Assembly (NCBI GenBank): GCA_963754275.1
Contig: CAVWFO010000003.1
Span: 49,372 to 81,371 of the forward strand
Source of the DNA: an uncultured Acidobacteriota bacterium
GTDB lineage: Bacteria > Acidobacteriota > Terriglobia > Acidiferrales > UBA7541
Direction of reading: 5' to 3'
Length of the DNA: 32,000 nt
The notes under the pieces are model-generated. The model was not told the origin of the DNA. It saw only the letters and a program-made list of their open reading frames with translations, and did no database searches. Numbering within the stretch: position 1 is the first letter of the stretch; the number at the start of each line of letters is the position of its first letter. A program made the position numbers and the translations under genes. Shown piece after piece: positions 7,929-18,460 of this stretch.

Positions 7929-9047
7929 ATGCTGCGCACTTCACGACGGATTTTCCTGCTGCTGCTGGCCTTGGTTGCGCTTGGCGGTTTGGCATACAAG
8001 TTTCGCAATTCAATCACGCTGGAAGGGTTTCAGTGGTCCACCGTGGCGCAATCGCTGCGCGACGCGCGTATTTCCTTGTTGGTGCTCACGGTGGCGACGA
8101 TCTATGTTTGTTTTGCGATACGCGCGCTGCGCTGGATGCGATTTTCGCGCACGCTGGGAACGACGCATTTCTTTAATGTGTATAGCGCGACGCTGATGGG
8201 ATTTACGTGCACATTTCTGCTGGGGCGCGCCGGTGAACCGATTCGGCCGGTGCTGATCGGGAAGAAGGACGGGCTCTCAATACCCCGCATGTTTGGAGTT
8301 TATGTGCTGGAGCGCGTGTTCGATATGGCGGCTACTGCCGTGATCGCCGGGTCGGCGCTGTTGTTCTTCGAGCAGCAAGGTTTGACGCCCGGCGAAGAAG
8401 CCATGGTTTTGAAGGTGCGCTCGGCGGGAGTTTTGCTGCTGGTTGCGCTGCTGGTGGCGGTCTCGTTTCTGATTTATTTTCGCTACCACGGCGCGGAATG
8501 GCTGGCGCGACGGCTGAAGAAACCTGCGTGGCGCGTGGGATGGCGAGGGAAGATTATCGCGCTGCTGGAAGGATTCGCCGAGGGATTGCAGGGGATACGA
8601 ACGTGGAGTGATCTGGGTGCTTTGATCGGGCTCTCAACGGTGCATTGGTTTTTGATTGTGCTGTGTTATTTGTGGGTGGCGCACGCGTTCGGCGGGAAGC
8701 TGGGCGAGCTGACGCTTGCGGGCGCGGCGCTGGTGTTAGCGTTTTCCATGGTTGGGTCGGCGGTGCAATTTCCCGGCGTCGGTGGCGGCGCACAGGTCGC
8801 GACGTTTGTTGCGTTGACGCTGATCTTTGGAGTAGATAAGGTGCCGGCGGCGACGATGTCCATTATGGTTTGGCTGCTTACGTTTGCATCTTGCAGCCTG
8901 GCGGGATTGCCGCTGCTGTTCCGCGAAGGATGGTCCATGGGAGAACTGCGCCAGATGGCGACGGCCGCGGAGCAGGAAGCCGAGATCGAGGCGGAAGAAG
9001 TTGTGCTGGGTTCGCATCCTGCAAGACCGGGAGATGAAACGCGGTGA
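7929..9047 (+). CDS. UPF0104 / lysylphosphatidylglycerol-synthase-TM-region family (flippase-like) integral membrane protein
   Basis: ORF 7803..9047. The start was chosen at ATG 7929 (MLRTSRRIFLLLLALVALGG). Polytopic membrane protein with RALRWMRF and GRAGEPIRPVL motifs typical of the family. Its TGA stop overlaps the GTG start of nrdR. Confidence 0.6.
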   Translation: MLRTSRRIFLLLLALVALGGLAYKFRNSITLEGFQWSTVAQSLRDARISLLVLTVATIYVCFAIRALRWMRFSRTLGTTHFFNVYSATLMGFTCTFLLGRAGEPIRPVLIGKKDGLSIPRMFGVYVLERVFDMAATAVIAGSALLFFEQQGLTPGEEAMVLKVRSAGVLLLVALLVAVSFLIYFRYHGAEWLARRLKKPAWRVGWRGKIIALLEGFAEGLQGIRTWSDLGALIGLSTVHWFLIVLCYLWVAHAFGGKLGELTLAGAALVLAFSMVGSAVQFPGVGGGAQVATFVALTLIFGVDKVPAATMSIMVWLLTFASCSLAGLPLLFREGWSMGELRQMATAAEQEAEIEAEEVVLGSHPARPGDETR

Positions 9048-9508
9048 AATGCCCCTTCTGCACGAATCTGGACGACAAAGTGGTGGACTCGCGCGAGGCG
9101 CGCACCGGCGATTTGATCCGGCGGAGGCGCGAGTGCTTGAAGTGCGGGCGACGCTTCACGACTTATGAGCGCATTGACGAAATTCCTTACATGGTGATCA
9201 AGAAGGACGGGCGCCGCGAAAAATTCGAGCGCGCGAAATTGCTGCAGGGACTGCTGAAGGCTTGCGAGAAGCGGCCGGTGCCGGTGGGCAAGCTGGAAAT
9301 GATCGTGGATGAGGCCGAGCAGTTCGTCAGCGAGGCGCCGGAGCGCGAGCGCACGACGAAAGACATCGGCGAGCACATCATGCAGAAGCTTAAGAAGCTG
9401 GATAAGGTGGCATATGTGCGCTTCGCGTCCGTCTATCTGGATTTCAAGGACGTGAAGGAATTCATGGACGAGTTGAAGGTGCTGCTGAAAGATCGCGCGA
9501 AGAAGTAA
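9044..9508 (+). CDS. nrdR: Transcriptional repressor NrdR (Zn-ribbon plus ATP-cone)
   Basis: MKCPFCTNLDDKVVDSREARTGDLIRRRRECLKCGRRFTTYERIDE... and ...VAYVRFASVY are the canonical NrdR N-terminus and ATP-cone. GTG start. Confidence 0.9.
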   Translation: MKCPFCTNLDDKVVDSREARTGDLIRRRRECLKCGRRFTTYERIDEIPYMVIKKDGRREKFERAKLLQGLLKACEKRPVPVGKLEMIVDEAEQFVSEAPERERTTKDIGEHIMQKLKKLDKVAYVRFASVYLDFKDVKEFMDELKVLLKDRAKK

Positions 9509-9513
9509 TTCCT

Positions 9514-10446
9514 CTAAACCTGCCAGACGCCTGCCGCAAATTTCTTGATGGTGCGAAATCCGAGGTGTTCGTAGAGGCGGACGGCGGAAGTGTTAATGCT
9601 GGTTACCGTGAGCGAAAGGGAATCGTAGCGCCTGCGCCGCAGCGCCTGGATGGAGCTCTCCATCAGGGCGCGGCCGATGCCGTGGCCTTGGTAGCCGGGC
9701 ATCACGCAGATTTGGGTGGTGTGGCCCACTCGTTCGGCTACGGTGGAGGTGAGCACCATGCCGATGGGACGTTCGCCCGTGGCGGGACGGACCAGGAAAG
9801 AGGCTTCGGGTAGGAATTGGCCGCAGCCGGGCAACAGCACGATATTGCGCAGGAATTTCATGCCGCCGGATTCGCTGCGGTACTGGTCGTTGATTTCGCC
9901 GTCCACGTGATCGGCATACGCCAGCTGGATCAGCCGCGCGGCGGATTCGAATGCACGGTCGGTCCAGGGCTCGAGGCGCAGGCCGGTGGAAAGAGGCGCG
10001 CCGCTGAGCTTGGCGTCGGCGAGCGTCAGCAACATGAACTGCCGCGTGTACAGCTTGAAATACTGCGAGAGGAAAACGGGATCGAGCTCGGTGCCGAAGG
10101 GCATCAGTTGCGCTTCGACTCGTTCCAGGTGCGGCGTAGCGTGCAGCGCGGTTACCATTTCGGTTACGAGCGCGCGCGTGTAAGGCTCCTGCGAAAAACG
10201 CGACGAAACGAACAGTCCGCCAATGAGCCCCTTGTGATCTTCCAGGACGTAGAAGCCGTATCCGGCGGGATTGCCATCTTCCATCGCCACGTAGCCGCCC
10301 AGAGAGCGGGAATCGATGAACCTGCGAATCAGTTCAATCGAAGAGCGGTAATCCCAATGTAGTTCGTCGCGCCAATGGCGAGTTTCTTCCTGGAAGAGCG
10401 GATCCAGGACGCGCGCCTGAATTTGCCGGAGATCAACAATCTGCAT
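9514..10446 (-). CDS. GNAT-family N-acetyltransferase (tandem GNAT-like domains)
   Basis: 310 aa. The C-terminal domain carries the acetyl-CoA motif ICVMPGYQGHGIGRALMESSIQAL...LSLTVTSINTSAVRLYEHLGF. Confidence 0.7.
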   Translation of the reverse strand: MQIVDLRQIQARVLDPLFQEETRHWRDELHWDYRSSIELIRRFIDSRSLGGYVAMEDGNPAGYGFYVLEDHKGLIGGLFVSSRFSQEPYTRALVTEMVTALHATPHLERVEAQLMPFGTELDPVFLSQYFKLYTRQFMLLTLADAKLSGAPLSTGLRLEPWTDRAFESAARLIQLAYADHVDGEINDQYRSESGGMKFLRNIVLLPGCGQFLPEASFLVRPATGERPIGMVLTSTVAERVGHTTQICVMPGYQGHGIGRALMESSIQALRRRRYDSLSLTVTSINTSAVRLYEHLGFRTIKKFAAGVWQV

Positions 10447-10472
10447 GTAGGAAAGGAAGCAACCCCCAGGCC

Positions 10473-10478
10473 ATTATA
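10473..10478 (-). promoter_or_regulatory. Perfect TATAAT -10 hexamer upstream of the GNAT gene
   Basis: The reverse complement of 10473-10478 is TATAAT, 26 nt upstream of ATG 10446. The -35 is weak. Confidence 0.3.
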
Positions 10479-10580
10479 AACATGGGGGGCGGTAGAACCC
10501 AACTGGTGGAGCTTGCCGACGGTGGTCGGATTTCGATAAATGCATTAATCAAAGCTTGGGTCACGACCGGTCTCTCCTCG

Positions 10581-10609
10581 TTGACTTGCTTCTTGCCCCA
10601 ACTTAAGAT
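10581..10609 (+). promoter_or_regulatory. Candidate promoter TTGACT-17-TAAGAT; the -10 ends 8 nt before the kinase ATG
   Basis: TTGACT at 10581-10586, a 17-nt spacer, TAAGAT at 10604-10609 and ATG at 10618. No SD. Confidence 0.45.
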
Positions 10610-10617
10610 GTGCGCAG

Positions 10618-13101
10618 ATGCTGGACACGCCGTCTCCAATCGGGCAGGCCTTCTCACACTACCGCATCATCGAAAAGCTCGGCGGCGGAGGCATGGGTGT
10701 CGTTTACAAGGCCGAAGACTCACGCCTTAAGCGCTTCGTCGCGCTGAAATTTCTGCCGCAGGATGTCGCCGGGGATCCGCAAGCTCTCGCGCGATTCCAG
10801 CGGGAAGCGCAAGCCGCCTCCGCCCTGAACCATCCCAACATCTGCACCATCTACGATATCGGCGAGCAAGATGGCTACGCCTTTATCGCCATGGAATTTC
10901 TCGATGGGCAGACGCTCAAGCACCGCATCAACGGCCGCCCCGTGGACATCGAAGAACTCCTCACCCTCGCCATCGAAATCGCCGACGCGCTCGATGCTGC
11001 CCACGCTGAACACATCGTTCACCGCGACATCAAGCCCGCGAATATCTTCGTCACCAGACGCGGCCACGCCAAAATACTTGATTTTGGCCTCGCCAAGGTA
11101 ACCTTCACTGGCGCCGGCTCGTCCGCCTCCAAAATCTCAGTGGACACCAGCGAGGGCGCCACCCTGGACGCGTCCGCAGAGCATCTCACCAGCCCCGGCA
11201 GCACCATGGGCACTGTAGCTTACATGTCTCCCGAGCAAGTTCGCGGCAAGGACCTTGATAGCCGCTCCGACCTTTTCTCGTTTGGCGCGGTGCTCTACGA
11301 AATGACCACCGGCACGCTGCCTTTCCGCGGCGAAACTTCCGGCGTGATTTTCAAAGCGATCCTGGATGGCGCGGTGGCGGCTCCCGTGCGGCTGAATCCC
11401 GAAACGCCCGCGGAGCTCGAACGCATAATTAACAAAGCGCTTGAGACGGACCGTAATCTGCGCTACCAGTCCGCCGCCGACATTCGCGCGGACCTTGCGC
11501 GGCTCAAGCGCGAACAGGATTCCGGCCGCTCCACGCGCGTCAGCGACTCATCCGGCACCGTTTCCGCAGCGGCCGGCGGTGCAAGCGCCTCCAGCGCCTC
11601 GTCGCCAGCGCAATCATCCTCCGGTTCCGCGACGGTGCCTGCTGCGCGTGCCGGCATTTCGCGCAAACTATGGATCGGTGGCATCGTCGCTGCAGCGCTC
11701 GCTCTCGCAATCGGCGGCGGCTATTACTTCCTGCGCGGCCGCTCGCCGGCCGAAAAAGTCACTTCGATCGCCGTGCTGCCATTCGTAAACGCCACCTCAG
11801 ACCCCAGCAACGAATATCTCAGCGACGGCCTCACCGAGAGCCTCATCGGCACGCTTTCGCAGCTGCCCGACGTCAAAGTGCTGGCGCGCAGCACCGTGTT
11901 CCGGTTCAAGAACAGCGAAGATAATCCGCAAAAAATCGGCAAGGACCTCAATGTGGAGTCTGTGCTGATGGGGCGGGTAACGCAGCACGGCGACACGGTG
12001 GCCGTGCAAGCGGATCTGGTCAACACGGCGGACGGTTCGGAAATGTGGGGCAAGCACTACGAACGCAAGATGGCCGACGTGACGGAGGTGCAGGGCGATA
12101 TCACCCGCGACGTCGCGAAAAAATTGCAAGTGAACGCGAGCGGAGACGCCGAGGCGAAGATGGGCAGCGCCGGCACCACGAACCCCGACGCATATCGCTT
12201 CTACCTCGAAGCACAGCAGCAGCTCTACGGGCGCACAAAACCGGGAATCCTGAAGAGTGTGGAGTTGTTCCGCCAGGCGGTGGCCGCCGATCCGAATTAC
12301 GCGATCGCGTGGGCAGGGCTTGCGAACAGCTACGTCGTCGCCGCGGGCTACGGGCGATTGATTCCACCGGACCAATCCTTGCCGCTGGCGGATCAGGCCT
12401 CCCGAAAAGCCGTGGAGTTAGACGATACCAGCTCCGACGCGCACGTGGCGCGCGCCAACGCTCTAGCCACCGCCTGGAAATGGAGCGCTGCGGAGCCGGA
12501 GTTTCGCCGCGCGATCGAGCTGAATCCAAACAACGCTAACGCGCACTATTTTTACGCCTTCAATTATTTGATGCCGACGAATCACCTCGACGAAGCGCTG
12601 GAGCAGTTCCGCCTGGCGCTGGCTCTGGATCCGCTCGCGGCGATCGTAAGGACGAACTACGCGCTCACGCTGATGGACACTCACAAATATCCCGAATCGC
12701 GGGAGCAGTTCGATCAGATCTTCGAGCGTGATCCTAGTTTCGGGCCGGGGCTCTTCTATCTATCGCAGATGGAGGCCACGCAGGGCCAGTTTGCGGAGGC
12801 CGTGAGTACCTTGCAGAAAGCGGGTCCGCGGGGCGACGCGGTGGCCATGCGTTCGTGGAGCCCAAACGCGAAAGGTTACGCTGATTTCATGGATGCTATC
12901 AGCAACGGCACGATGCCCGCGAACGCAGCCGTCGCATACGCGTTGGCAGGAAATCGCGACAAGGCGTTCGAATGCCTGGAAAAGGCTTATGCCGACCGCG
13001 ACGACGAGCTCACGGCAGTTATCCGTTTCCCCGCCTTTGACCAACTGAAGTCTGACTCACGTTGGGCCGGCTTGCTGCACAAGCTCGGCCTACCCCTATA
13101 G
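10618..13101 (+). CDS. Transmembrane Ser/Thr protein kinase with an extracytoplasmic TolB-N-like domain and TPR repeats
   Basis: 827 aa. Kinase motifs: [37 protein letters not shown] Ser/Ala-rich linker and a TM segment ([22 protein letters not shown]) follow. Then SIAVLPFVN...[11 protein letters not shown] and C-terminal TPR-like repeats. Confidence 0.9.
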   Translation: MLDTPSPIGQAFSHYRIIEKLGGGGMGVVYKAEDSRLKRFVALKFLPQDVAGDPQALARFQREAQAASALNHPNICTIYDIGEQDGYAFIAMEFLDGQTLKHRINGRPVDIEELLTLAIEIADALDAAHAEHIVHRDIKPANIFVTRRGHAKILDFGLAKVTFTGAGSSASKISVDTSEGATLDASAEHLTSPGSTMGTVAYMSPEQVRGKDLDSRSDLFSFGAVLYEMTTGTLPFRGETSGVIFKAILDGAVAAPVRLNPETPAELERIINKALETDRNLRYQSAADIRADLARLKREQDSGRSTRVSDSSGTVSAAAGGASASSASSPAQSSSGSATVPAARAGISRKLWIGGIVAAALALAIGGGYYFLRGRSPAEKVTSIAVLPFVNATSDPSNEYLSDGLTESLIGTLSQLPDVKVLARSTVFRFKNSEDNPQKIGKDLNVESVLMGRVTQHGDTVAVQADLVNTADGSEMWGKHYERKMADVTEVQGDITRDVAKKLQVNASGDAEAKMGSAGTTNPDAYRFYLEAQQQLYGRTKPGILKSVELFRQAVAADPNYAIAWAGLANSYVVAAGYGRLIPPDQSLPLADQASRKAVELDDTSSDAHVARANALATAWKWSAAEPEFRRAIELNPNNANAHYFYAFNYLMPTNHLDEALEQFRLALALDPLAAIVRTNYALTLMDTHKYPESREQFDQIFERDPSFGPGLFYLSQMEATQGQFAEAVSTLQKAGPRGDAVAMRSWSPNAKGYADFMDAISNGTMPANAAVAYALAGNRDKAFECLEKAYADRDDELTAVIRFPAFDQLKSDSRWAGLLHKLGLPL

Positions 13102-13359
13102 TTTCGTCCTGCCCCGCAGGGTTGCGCTCATAACCGATCGCATAATGTGTCATGCCGTTTTCAACTGCGACGCATTTTGCATCCTTCTCTAACTAAATTC
13201 ACTTGCATGGTAACCACGTAATCGGGAGCTGACCTATTGCCACCGTGCCAGGGGCATGCGACCGAAACCCGACCATGCGGCGTCGGTTGAGAGGATTTGT
13301 CTGAAATGTAACGGGTTGGACAATTAGCGTGCCGTGCGAGTGTGGGAAGTTGTGCTACC

Positions 13360-14347
13360 ATGCAATTCGCCGAGGCGAGAAATGTTTGCGCCCGCGCTTA
13401 CCGGATGGCTTTTCTCTCAGAACTACGCTATCCAACAACGCGTATCGCCAAGCTCCTCTCGGGACTCTTCGCGATGGCGCTGTTCCTATTTGTGTCCATC
13501 GCCGCGGTCTCCGGCTTCCTCCTTTACCAAGTGTTGCGCACCTCGCATGCGGCACCCTCAAGCGTAGATTTGAATGTGATGATGGGGCATCCGGTGGACT
13601 TTTCGTTTTCGGTTCCGGGCGAGGGCGAGCGCGACGGGTGGTTTTATCCGGGATTGCGCGGATCACCTACCATCGTGGTGTGTCATGGCTATCATTCGCA
13701 ACGATCGGATGTGTTGACGCTTGTTACGGCGCTGCAGGACCAGCAGTTCAATGTTTTTCTCTTCGATTTTACCGCGCACGGCACCAGCTCCGGCGTCACT
13801 ACGCTGGGCTATCGCGAAGTCAGCGAGCTGCAAGCGGCGATGCAGGCCCTGGCGACACGCGATGACGTGGACCCGAAACATTTCGGTCTATGGGGCGTGG
13901 ATATGGGCGGGTATGTGGTGCTGGAGAACGCCGTGTCCGATCCGCGGGTTTCCGCGTTTATTGTGGATGATGCGTATGCCGACCCGGGCGAAATGATGCA
14001 GATCGAAGTGAAACGCTCGGGGCTTGACGGTGCTCCCTTACGTGGGAAAGTTCTGTGACTTCGGATTTCGCATGTTGAATTATCAGTTCCGGCACCGGTT
14101 GCCGGTGACAGCACAGTTGGGTCGCACCAAGGGTATTCCGAAACTTTTTTTTGTGTCGGACGACCGGCCCGACTTGGCGCGGGACATGACCAATATTTTC
14201 ACGATTGCGCCGGAGCCCAAGCAGATGATTCGCGATCGGACGAGTTATCCGGATATGTCTGACGAAGACCGCAAAAATTACGAGAGCCAGGTGGTGAGTT
14301 TCTTCCTGTTGAATTTGCCGGCGACTTCGCGCGCGCCGGGTCACTAG
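13360..14347 (+). pseudogene. Membrane-anchored alpha/beta-hydrolase-fold protein, split by a frame disruption at a GGGG run (14019-14022)
   Basis: ORF 13342..14058 (IVVCHGYHSQRSD...FDFTAHGTSSG...LWGVDMGGYVVLE) continues in ORF 14024..14347 (TVLPYVGKFCDFGFRMLNY...PKLFFVSDDRPDLA). Removing one G gives VKRSGLTVLPYVGKF. The start is uncertain (ATG 13360 or 13405). Confidence 0.6.
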
Positions 14348-16008
14348 CGCGGAGCGGGTGCGACGGGTACATAGATAATTCCTTGAGCTGGCGGCTCCTC
14401 GATGCTGCGAAATCTTCCTGCCTTTATTATTTTTTCCATTCCCTCGTGTGATGTGAGAACCAGCGCTGCGTCTGGATCTTGCGGCGTCCATTCCGGGAGT
14501 TCACGGTGGAAATAGAAGGCCAGGCCGTAATTCCAGGAGCGGCGTAAACCGTAGGTGAAGATTCTGTCGGGATGAAGATCGTTCTGGAAGAACGCGGCGT
14601 GGGACCTTGCTGAAATGTAGGGCTCGAGAGCTGGCAGGACGAATGTGTTGGCCGCTTCCAGTGTGGCTACGGCGCATAGGCTGGCGAGGATTACAACCAG
14701 ACGCAGGTTCTTATTTGTTCCCGCGTAGAGAATTGCCGCTGCGACTACGATTGCGAGTGCGAGTGCGGCCTTACCCAGGAACGGGATCGAGCTGGGCATC
14801 TCTGTGAATGGAAACTTATGGGTTACGTGCAGGAAGATTGCGGCCAGGACAATCCACACGAGCCCGACGCCTGCGCTCAGGATAATCGCGTTGGCGCGGC
14901 TTCTTTGGAATGCGCGGCCGGCACTGATTGCGATGACTAACGCGAGCGCGGGAACGGCCGGGAGAATGTAACTGGGCAGCTTCGATTGCGAGAAGCTGAA
15001 GAACACGATGGGGAAGACGGCCCAGCAGGCGACGAAGAAGCCGGGAGAATTCTTCCAGGATTTTTCGCGCCAGAGGCGGAGGGCTTCTGTTACTGCGGCG
15101 ATCAAGAGGGCGGACCAGGGGAGAAGCGCGAGGATCGTGATCGGACCGAAGAACCAGAATGGTTGCTGGTGCTGGAACAGCGGCGTTAGGTAACGTTCGA
15201 AATTGTGTTGAAAGATGAAGACGTGGAGGAAGTCGGGATTGCGTCGCGCGCAGAGCGCGTACCACGGTAGCGCAACCACGGAGAATGCGGCGATGGCGAC
15301 AGGATGCGCGAGGCGGATGGCGGCGCGCCAGTTTGATGTTGCGATCGCCCAAATTCCTACGGCGCCGCCCGCCAGAATCACCGCCGCGGGACCCTTCGCC
15401 AACACTCCAAGTCCCAGCGACGCACCCCACAAGAGGAGCATCGGTAGATTGCTATTGTGAATTTCGGTCCGCGGGTGGTCCGGGATTCGCAGCGCGCCGG
15501 ATTGCCTTAGGAGGTTTGCAGCGAAGACCATCGCCAATGTGATTGCAGCGCTGAACAGCATGTCTGGAGTGGCCGCGCGCGCGAAGGCAATGGCCGCGAC
15601 GCTCGTGGCAAAAATCACGGGGGCGAGCAGCGTGGGGCTTGCGATCGAATCTTCGGCCGCTGCGTAGTGCCGCCGCGCGAACCACGCGATCGCTTTTGCG
15701 GCCACCAGAGCGGCAATTGCAGAGGGCAGGCGCGCCGCCCACTCGGGCGGCAAATGCATCCGGAATCCGATTGCCGCTGCCCAGTAATAGAGGACCGGCT
15801 TTTCAAACCACGGGGCGCCCCAAAGCCTTGGCGTGACCCAATCGCCGGTTTCGGCCATGGCGCGAGCGATCCAGGCGTAGCGCGGTTCGTCGGGTCCGAG
15901 CAGGCCGACGGCGCCGAGATTTGCGAACAGCGAGACAAGAATCACTACGCCAGCCGTGGCGAATGCGGCGATGTCTGTCTTGCGCTGCGTTTGTGCCGGT
16001 TCGCTCAA
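14344..16008 (-). CDS. ArnT/PMT-like GT-C glycosyltransferase (family 39/83 type) integral membrane protein
   Basis: 554 aa and polytopic. The N-terminal LLGPDEPRYAWIARAMAETGDWVTPRLWGAPWFEKPVLYYW is typical of the family. TTG start, so the start is uncertain. Confidence 0.7.
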   Translation of the reverse strand: MSEPAQTQRKTDIAAFATAGVVILVSLFANLGAVGLLGPDEPRYAWIARAMAETGDWVTPRLWGAPWFEKPVLYYWAAAIGFRMHLPPEWAARLPSAIAALVAAKAIAWFARRHYAAAEDSIASPTLLAPVIFATSVAAIAFARAATPDMLFSAAITLAMVFAANLLRQSGALRIPDHPRTEIHNSNLPMLLLWGASLGLGVLAKGPAAVILAGGAVGIWAIATSNWRAAIRLAHPVAIAAFSVVALPWYALCARRNPDFLHVFIFQHNFERYLTPLFQHQQPFWFFGPITILALLPWSALLIAAVTEALRLWREKSWKNSPGFFVACWAVFPIVFFSFSQSKLPSYILPAVPALALVIAISAGRAFQRSRANAIILSAGVGLVWIVLAAIFLHVTHKFPFTEMPSSIPFLGKAALALAIVVAAAILYAGTNKNLRLVVILASLCAVATLEAANTFVLPALEPYISARSHAAFFQNDLHPDRIFTYGLRRSWNYGLAFYFHRELPEWTPQDPDAALVLTSHEGMEKIIKAGRFRSIEEPPAQGIIYVPVAPAPR

Positions 16009-16166
16009 AACGCGATGAGTCTAACATCCTCGCCGTCAATCTAGAGTCGCGAAGCGCAGCGCGGCGTGCGCGGGGCACAACGGACAATCAGGATGAACAT
16101 TGGCAACGCACAATCATCCAACGATTAGTGGCATACGCTGCGCAGGCTCTTGCATAATGGCCCGCT

Positions 16167-17072
16167 ATGCGGGAATGGCTGGAATATGCGGTCGCCTGGA
16201 CAGGCCTGAAATTATTGGGGTTGCTGCCGCGGCCGGCGGCGCGCTGGGTGGGCGCTTCGTTTGCTGCGGTGGCGTATGGGTTTCGCACGCCGCTACGGCA
16301 GGCCGCGATGTTCAATCTCCATCTGGCGTTTCCGGATTGGAGTGAGGCGAAACGCAAGGACGTGATTCGCGGGATGGTCCGGCAAATTGGCTGGATGGCG
16401 GGCGAATTTTCGCAATTTCCGCGATACACGCCGCAGAACATCGAGCGCAGTGTGGTGATTGATGGAGCTGAGAATTTCGCTGCGGGGCAGCGCCGCGGAA
16501 AAGGCGTGCTGTTTCTCACCGGCCACATGAGCGCTTGGGAGCTTTCTTCGTTTGCGCACGCGCTGTACGGGCACCCGTTGCATTTTCTGGTGCGGCCGAT
16601 TTCCAACGCGCGGGTGGACGAGCTGATTAATCGTTACCGGTGCCTTTCGGGAAATCGGCCCATTGATAAAAATAAATCGGCGCGCGCGATTCTGAAAGTT
16701 TTGGCGGAGGGTGGCACGGTGGGGATTCTGGCGGATCACAATACGGCGCGGGAAGAAGGAGTGTTCGTGGATTTCTTCGGTATTCCGGCTTCCACCACTT
16801 CTGGTTTGGCACGGCTGGCGTTGCGTACTGACGCAGCGGTGGTTCCCGGCTTCCTTTTCTGGGACGAAGCGTTGGGGAAGTACCGGTTGCGGTTTGAACC
16901 ACCCGTGGAGCTGGCGCATAGTGACGATGAAGAAGCGGATATGCGCGAGAACACACAGCGATTCACGCGAGTGATTGAGGAGTTCGTGCGCGCGCATCCG
17001 GATCAGTGGCTTTGGGTGCACAAGAGATGGAAGACACGTCCGCCGGGCGAGCCGCCGATTTATCCGTTTTAG
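16167..17072 (+). CDS. Lipid A biosynthesis (LpxL/HtrB-family) lysophospholipid acyltransferase
   Basis: 301 aa. H-x4-E motif (TGHMSAWEL), ILADHN, and the FFG..A.T..G.ARLA pattern (FFGIPASTTSGLARLAL). CATAAT at 16153-16158 ends 8 nt before the ATG. Confidence 0.7.
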   Translation: MREWLEYAVAWTGLKLLGLLPRPAARWVGASFAAVAYGFRTPLRQAAMFNLHLAFPDWSEAKRKDVIRGMVRQIGWMAGEFSQFPRYTPQNIERSVVIDGAENFAAGQRRGKGVLFLTGHMSAWELSSFAHALYGHPLHFLVRPISNARVDELINRYRCLSGNRPIDKNKSARAILKVLAEGGTVGILADHNTAREEGVFVDFFGIPASTTSGLARLALRTDAAVVPGFLFWDEALGKYRLRFEPPVELAHSDDEEADMRENTQRFTRVIEEFVRAHPDQWLWVHKRWKTRPPGEPPIYPF

Positions 17073-17161
17073 ATTGAGTGGGTCGAGCGTCGGGTGTGGG
17101 CCAGCGCGTTTCGCACTGCCCGAACTCCTGACGCGATGCAATTTTTTGACGAGGTGCAGTG

Positions 17162-18181
17162 ATGAATCATACGGCCGGTGAACTGGCGGAGTACCTGCGG
17201 GCAAGAATCCACGGAGATGCGCACGCGCCCGTCGTGGGCGTTGCGAGCCCGGAGAGCGCGAAGCCTGAAGATGTGATTTATGTGGATTCGGCGCGGCAGA
17301 TTGCGCGAGCGGAAGCGTCCGCGGCACGTTGCGTGATCGCTGAGACCGGCACAATTTTGCCCGGGAAAACTGTGCTGGAGGTGGGAAACCCGAAGCTCGC
17401 GTTCGCGATGGCGGCAGCGTGGCTGGTGCCGCGGCCTGCGCTGCGGCCGGAGATACATCCGACGGCGATCGTTGCAGCGACGGCCAAGCTGGCTCCGAAT
17501 ATCCGCGTCGGACCTTACGTGGTAATTGAGGACGATGTGGAAGTCGGTACGGGCACTGCGGTGGATGCATTTTGTTTTCTGGGCCGCGGCGCTCGCGTGG
17601 GAGAGGATTGCAGGCTTCATCCCCGGGTGACGCTGTACGCCGGTGCGCAGCTTGGAAATGCGGTGGAAGTACATTCGGGCGCGGTAATTGGCGGCGACGG
17701 GTTCGGATACGTTTTTGGAGAAGGACAGCACGTCAAGTTTCCGCAGATCGGCAGCGTGGAAATTGGGGACGACGTGGAAATTGGCTGCAACACGACAATT
17801 GACCGCGGATCGCTAGAGGCAACACAGATCGCGACTGGGGTGAAGATTGATAACCTGGTGCAAGTGGCGCACAACGTTCGGATCGGGAGGAACTCCGTGG
17901 TGGCCGCGCAGGTGGGCATTTCGGGCAGTTGCACTATTGGCGCGCAGGTGCTGATTGGCGGGCAGGTAGGCATCGCGCCGCACTGCACGCTGGAAGAGGG
18001 CGCGATCATCGGGGCGCAGGCGGGCATACCGAGTAATAAGACGATTCGCCGCGGCCAGACGGTTTGGGGCACGCCAGCGAGGCCGTTCGCGCGATTCAAG
18101 GAGCAGTACGGATGGTTGTCGCGTTTGCCGGAGTTGGCGGAGCGAGTGCGCAAATTGGAACAGCCGAAAGCGGGCGAATGA
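17162..18181 (+). CDS. lpxD: UDP-3-O-acylglucosamine N-acyltransferase
   Basis: The ORF starts at GTG 17159. ATG 17162 is preferred because GAGG lies 7 nt upstream. Left-handed beta-helix hexapeptide repeats ([16 protein letters not shown]..., [30 protein letters not shown]) sit in a typical LpxD context. Confidence 0.85.
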   Translation: MNHTAGELAEYLRARIHGDAHAPVVGVASPESAKPEDVIYVDSARQIARAEASAARCVIAETGTILPGKTVLEVGNPKLAFAMAAAWLVPRPALRPEIHPTAIVAATAKLAPNIRVGPYVVIEDDVEVGTGTAVDAFCFLGRGARVGEDCRLHPRVTLYAGAQLGNAVEVHSGAVIGGDGFGYVFGEGQHVKFPQIGSVEIGDDVEIGCNTTIDRGSLEATQIATGVKIDNLVQVAHNVRIGRNSVVAAQVGISGSCTIGAQVLIGGQVGIAPHCTLEEGAIIGAQAGIPSNKTIRRGQTVWGTPARPFARFKEQYGWLSRLPELAERVRKLEQPKAGE

Positions 18182-18254
18182 AGCAGCCGATCTGGCCCGG
18201 GGTCACTTTCTCAAAAATGTAGCGCCGGTTTCGACACATGCTGCAGGATTGACT

Positions 18255-18293
18255 TCGATTTGTATTCGCTTTTCGGGTATGATCTGCCAGATC
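18255..18293 (+). promoter_or_regulatory. Weak candidate promoter TCGATT-17-TATGAT overlapped by the 13-bp palindrome GATCTGcCAGATC
   Basis: TATGAT at 18278-18283. Perfect inverted repeat GATCTG/CAGATC at 18281-18293 straddles the -10 and the predicted +1, an operator-like arrangement. Confidence 0.25.
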
Positions 18294-18411
18294 CGCGCTG
18301 CGCCGCAGGAAAACTCCTAGCAATTACTTTGCATAGTATTGGCCGATCGGTTGCCATTCTGAAACATTTTAGGCAGCCTTCTGGCCTCGGCGAACATCTA
18401 CTGTTTCTGGG

Positions 18412-18429
18412 AACGGGGAGCCCGTTTTT
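18412..18429 (+). terminator. Intrinsic-terminator-like hairpin AACGGG-gag-CCCGTT followed by TTT
   Basis: Six-bp GC-rich stem (18412-18417 / 18421-18426) with a T tract through 18429. Lies 230 nt downstream of the lpxD stop. Confidence 0.4.
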
Positions 18430-18431
18430 AG

Positions 18432-18460
18432 TTGACCGTAAGGGCAAACCCAAACATAAT
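18432..18460 (+). promoter_or_regulatory. Candidate sigma70-type promoter TTGACC-17-CATAAT upstream of shc
   Basis: TTGACC at 18432-18437, a 17-nt spacer and CATAAT at 18455-18460. This predicts a ~230-nt 5' leader before ATG 18697. Confidence 0.5.

Noticed and set aside
13102-13359. Kinase-hydrolase spacer: hairpin CCTGC-ccc-GCAGG as a terminator, and TTGGAC as a -35
   Set aside because: The hairpin is only 5 bp with a 3-nt loop and no T tract. No acceptable -10 sits at the right distance from TTGGAC.
16293-17570. Long antisense ORFs. Examples: 425 aa at 16293..17570 (minus), 335 aa at 27637..28644 (minus), 312 aa at 22131..23069 (minus), 243 aa at 24834..25565 (minus), 236 aa at 8666..9376 (minus), and 253/249 aa at 1747..2756 (plus).
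   Set aside because: All lie opposite ORFs with clear family signatures (lpxL/lpxD, hpnE, dehydrogenase, hpnCD, UPF0104/nrdR, S55 peptidase). Their translations are Arg/Pro/Ala/Ser-rich low-complexity strings, typical of the antisense frame of GC-rich genes.
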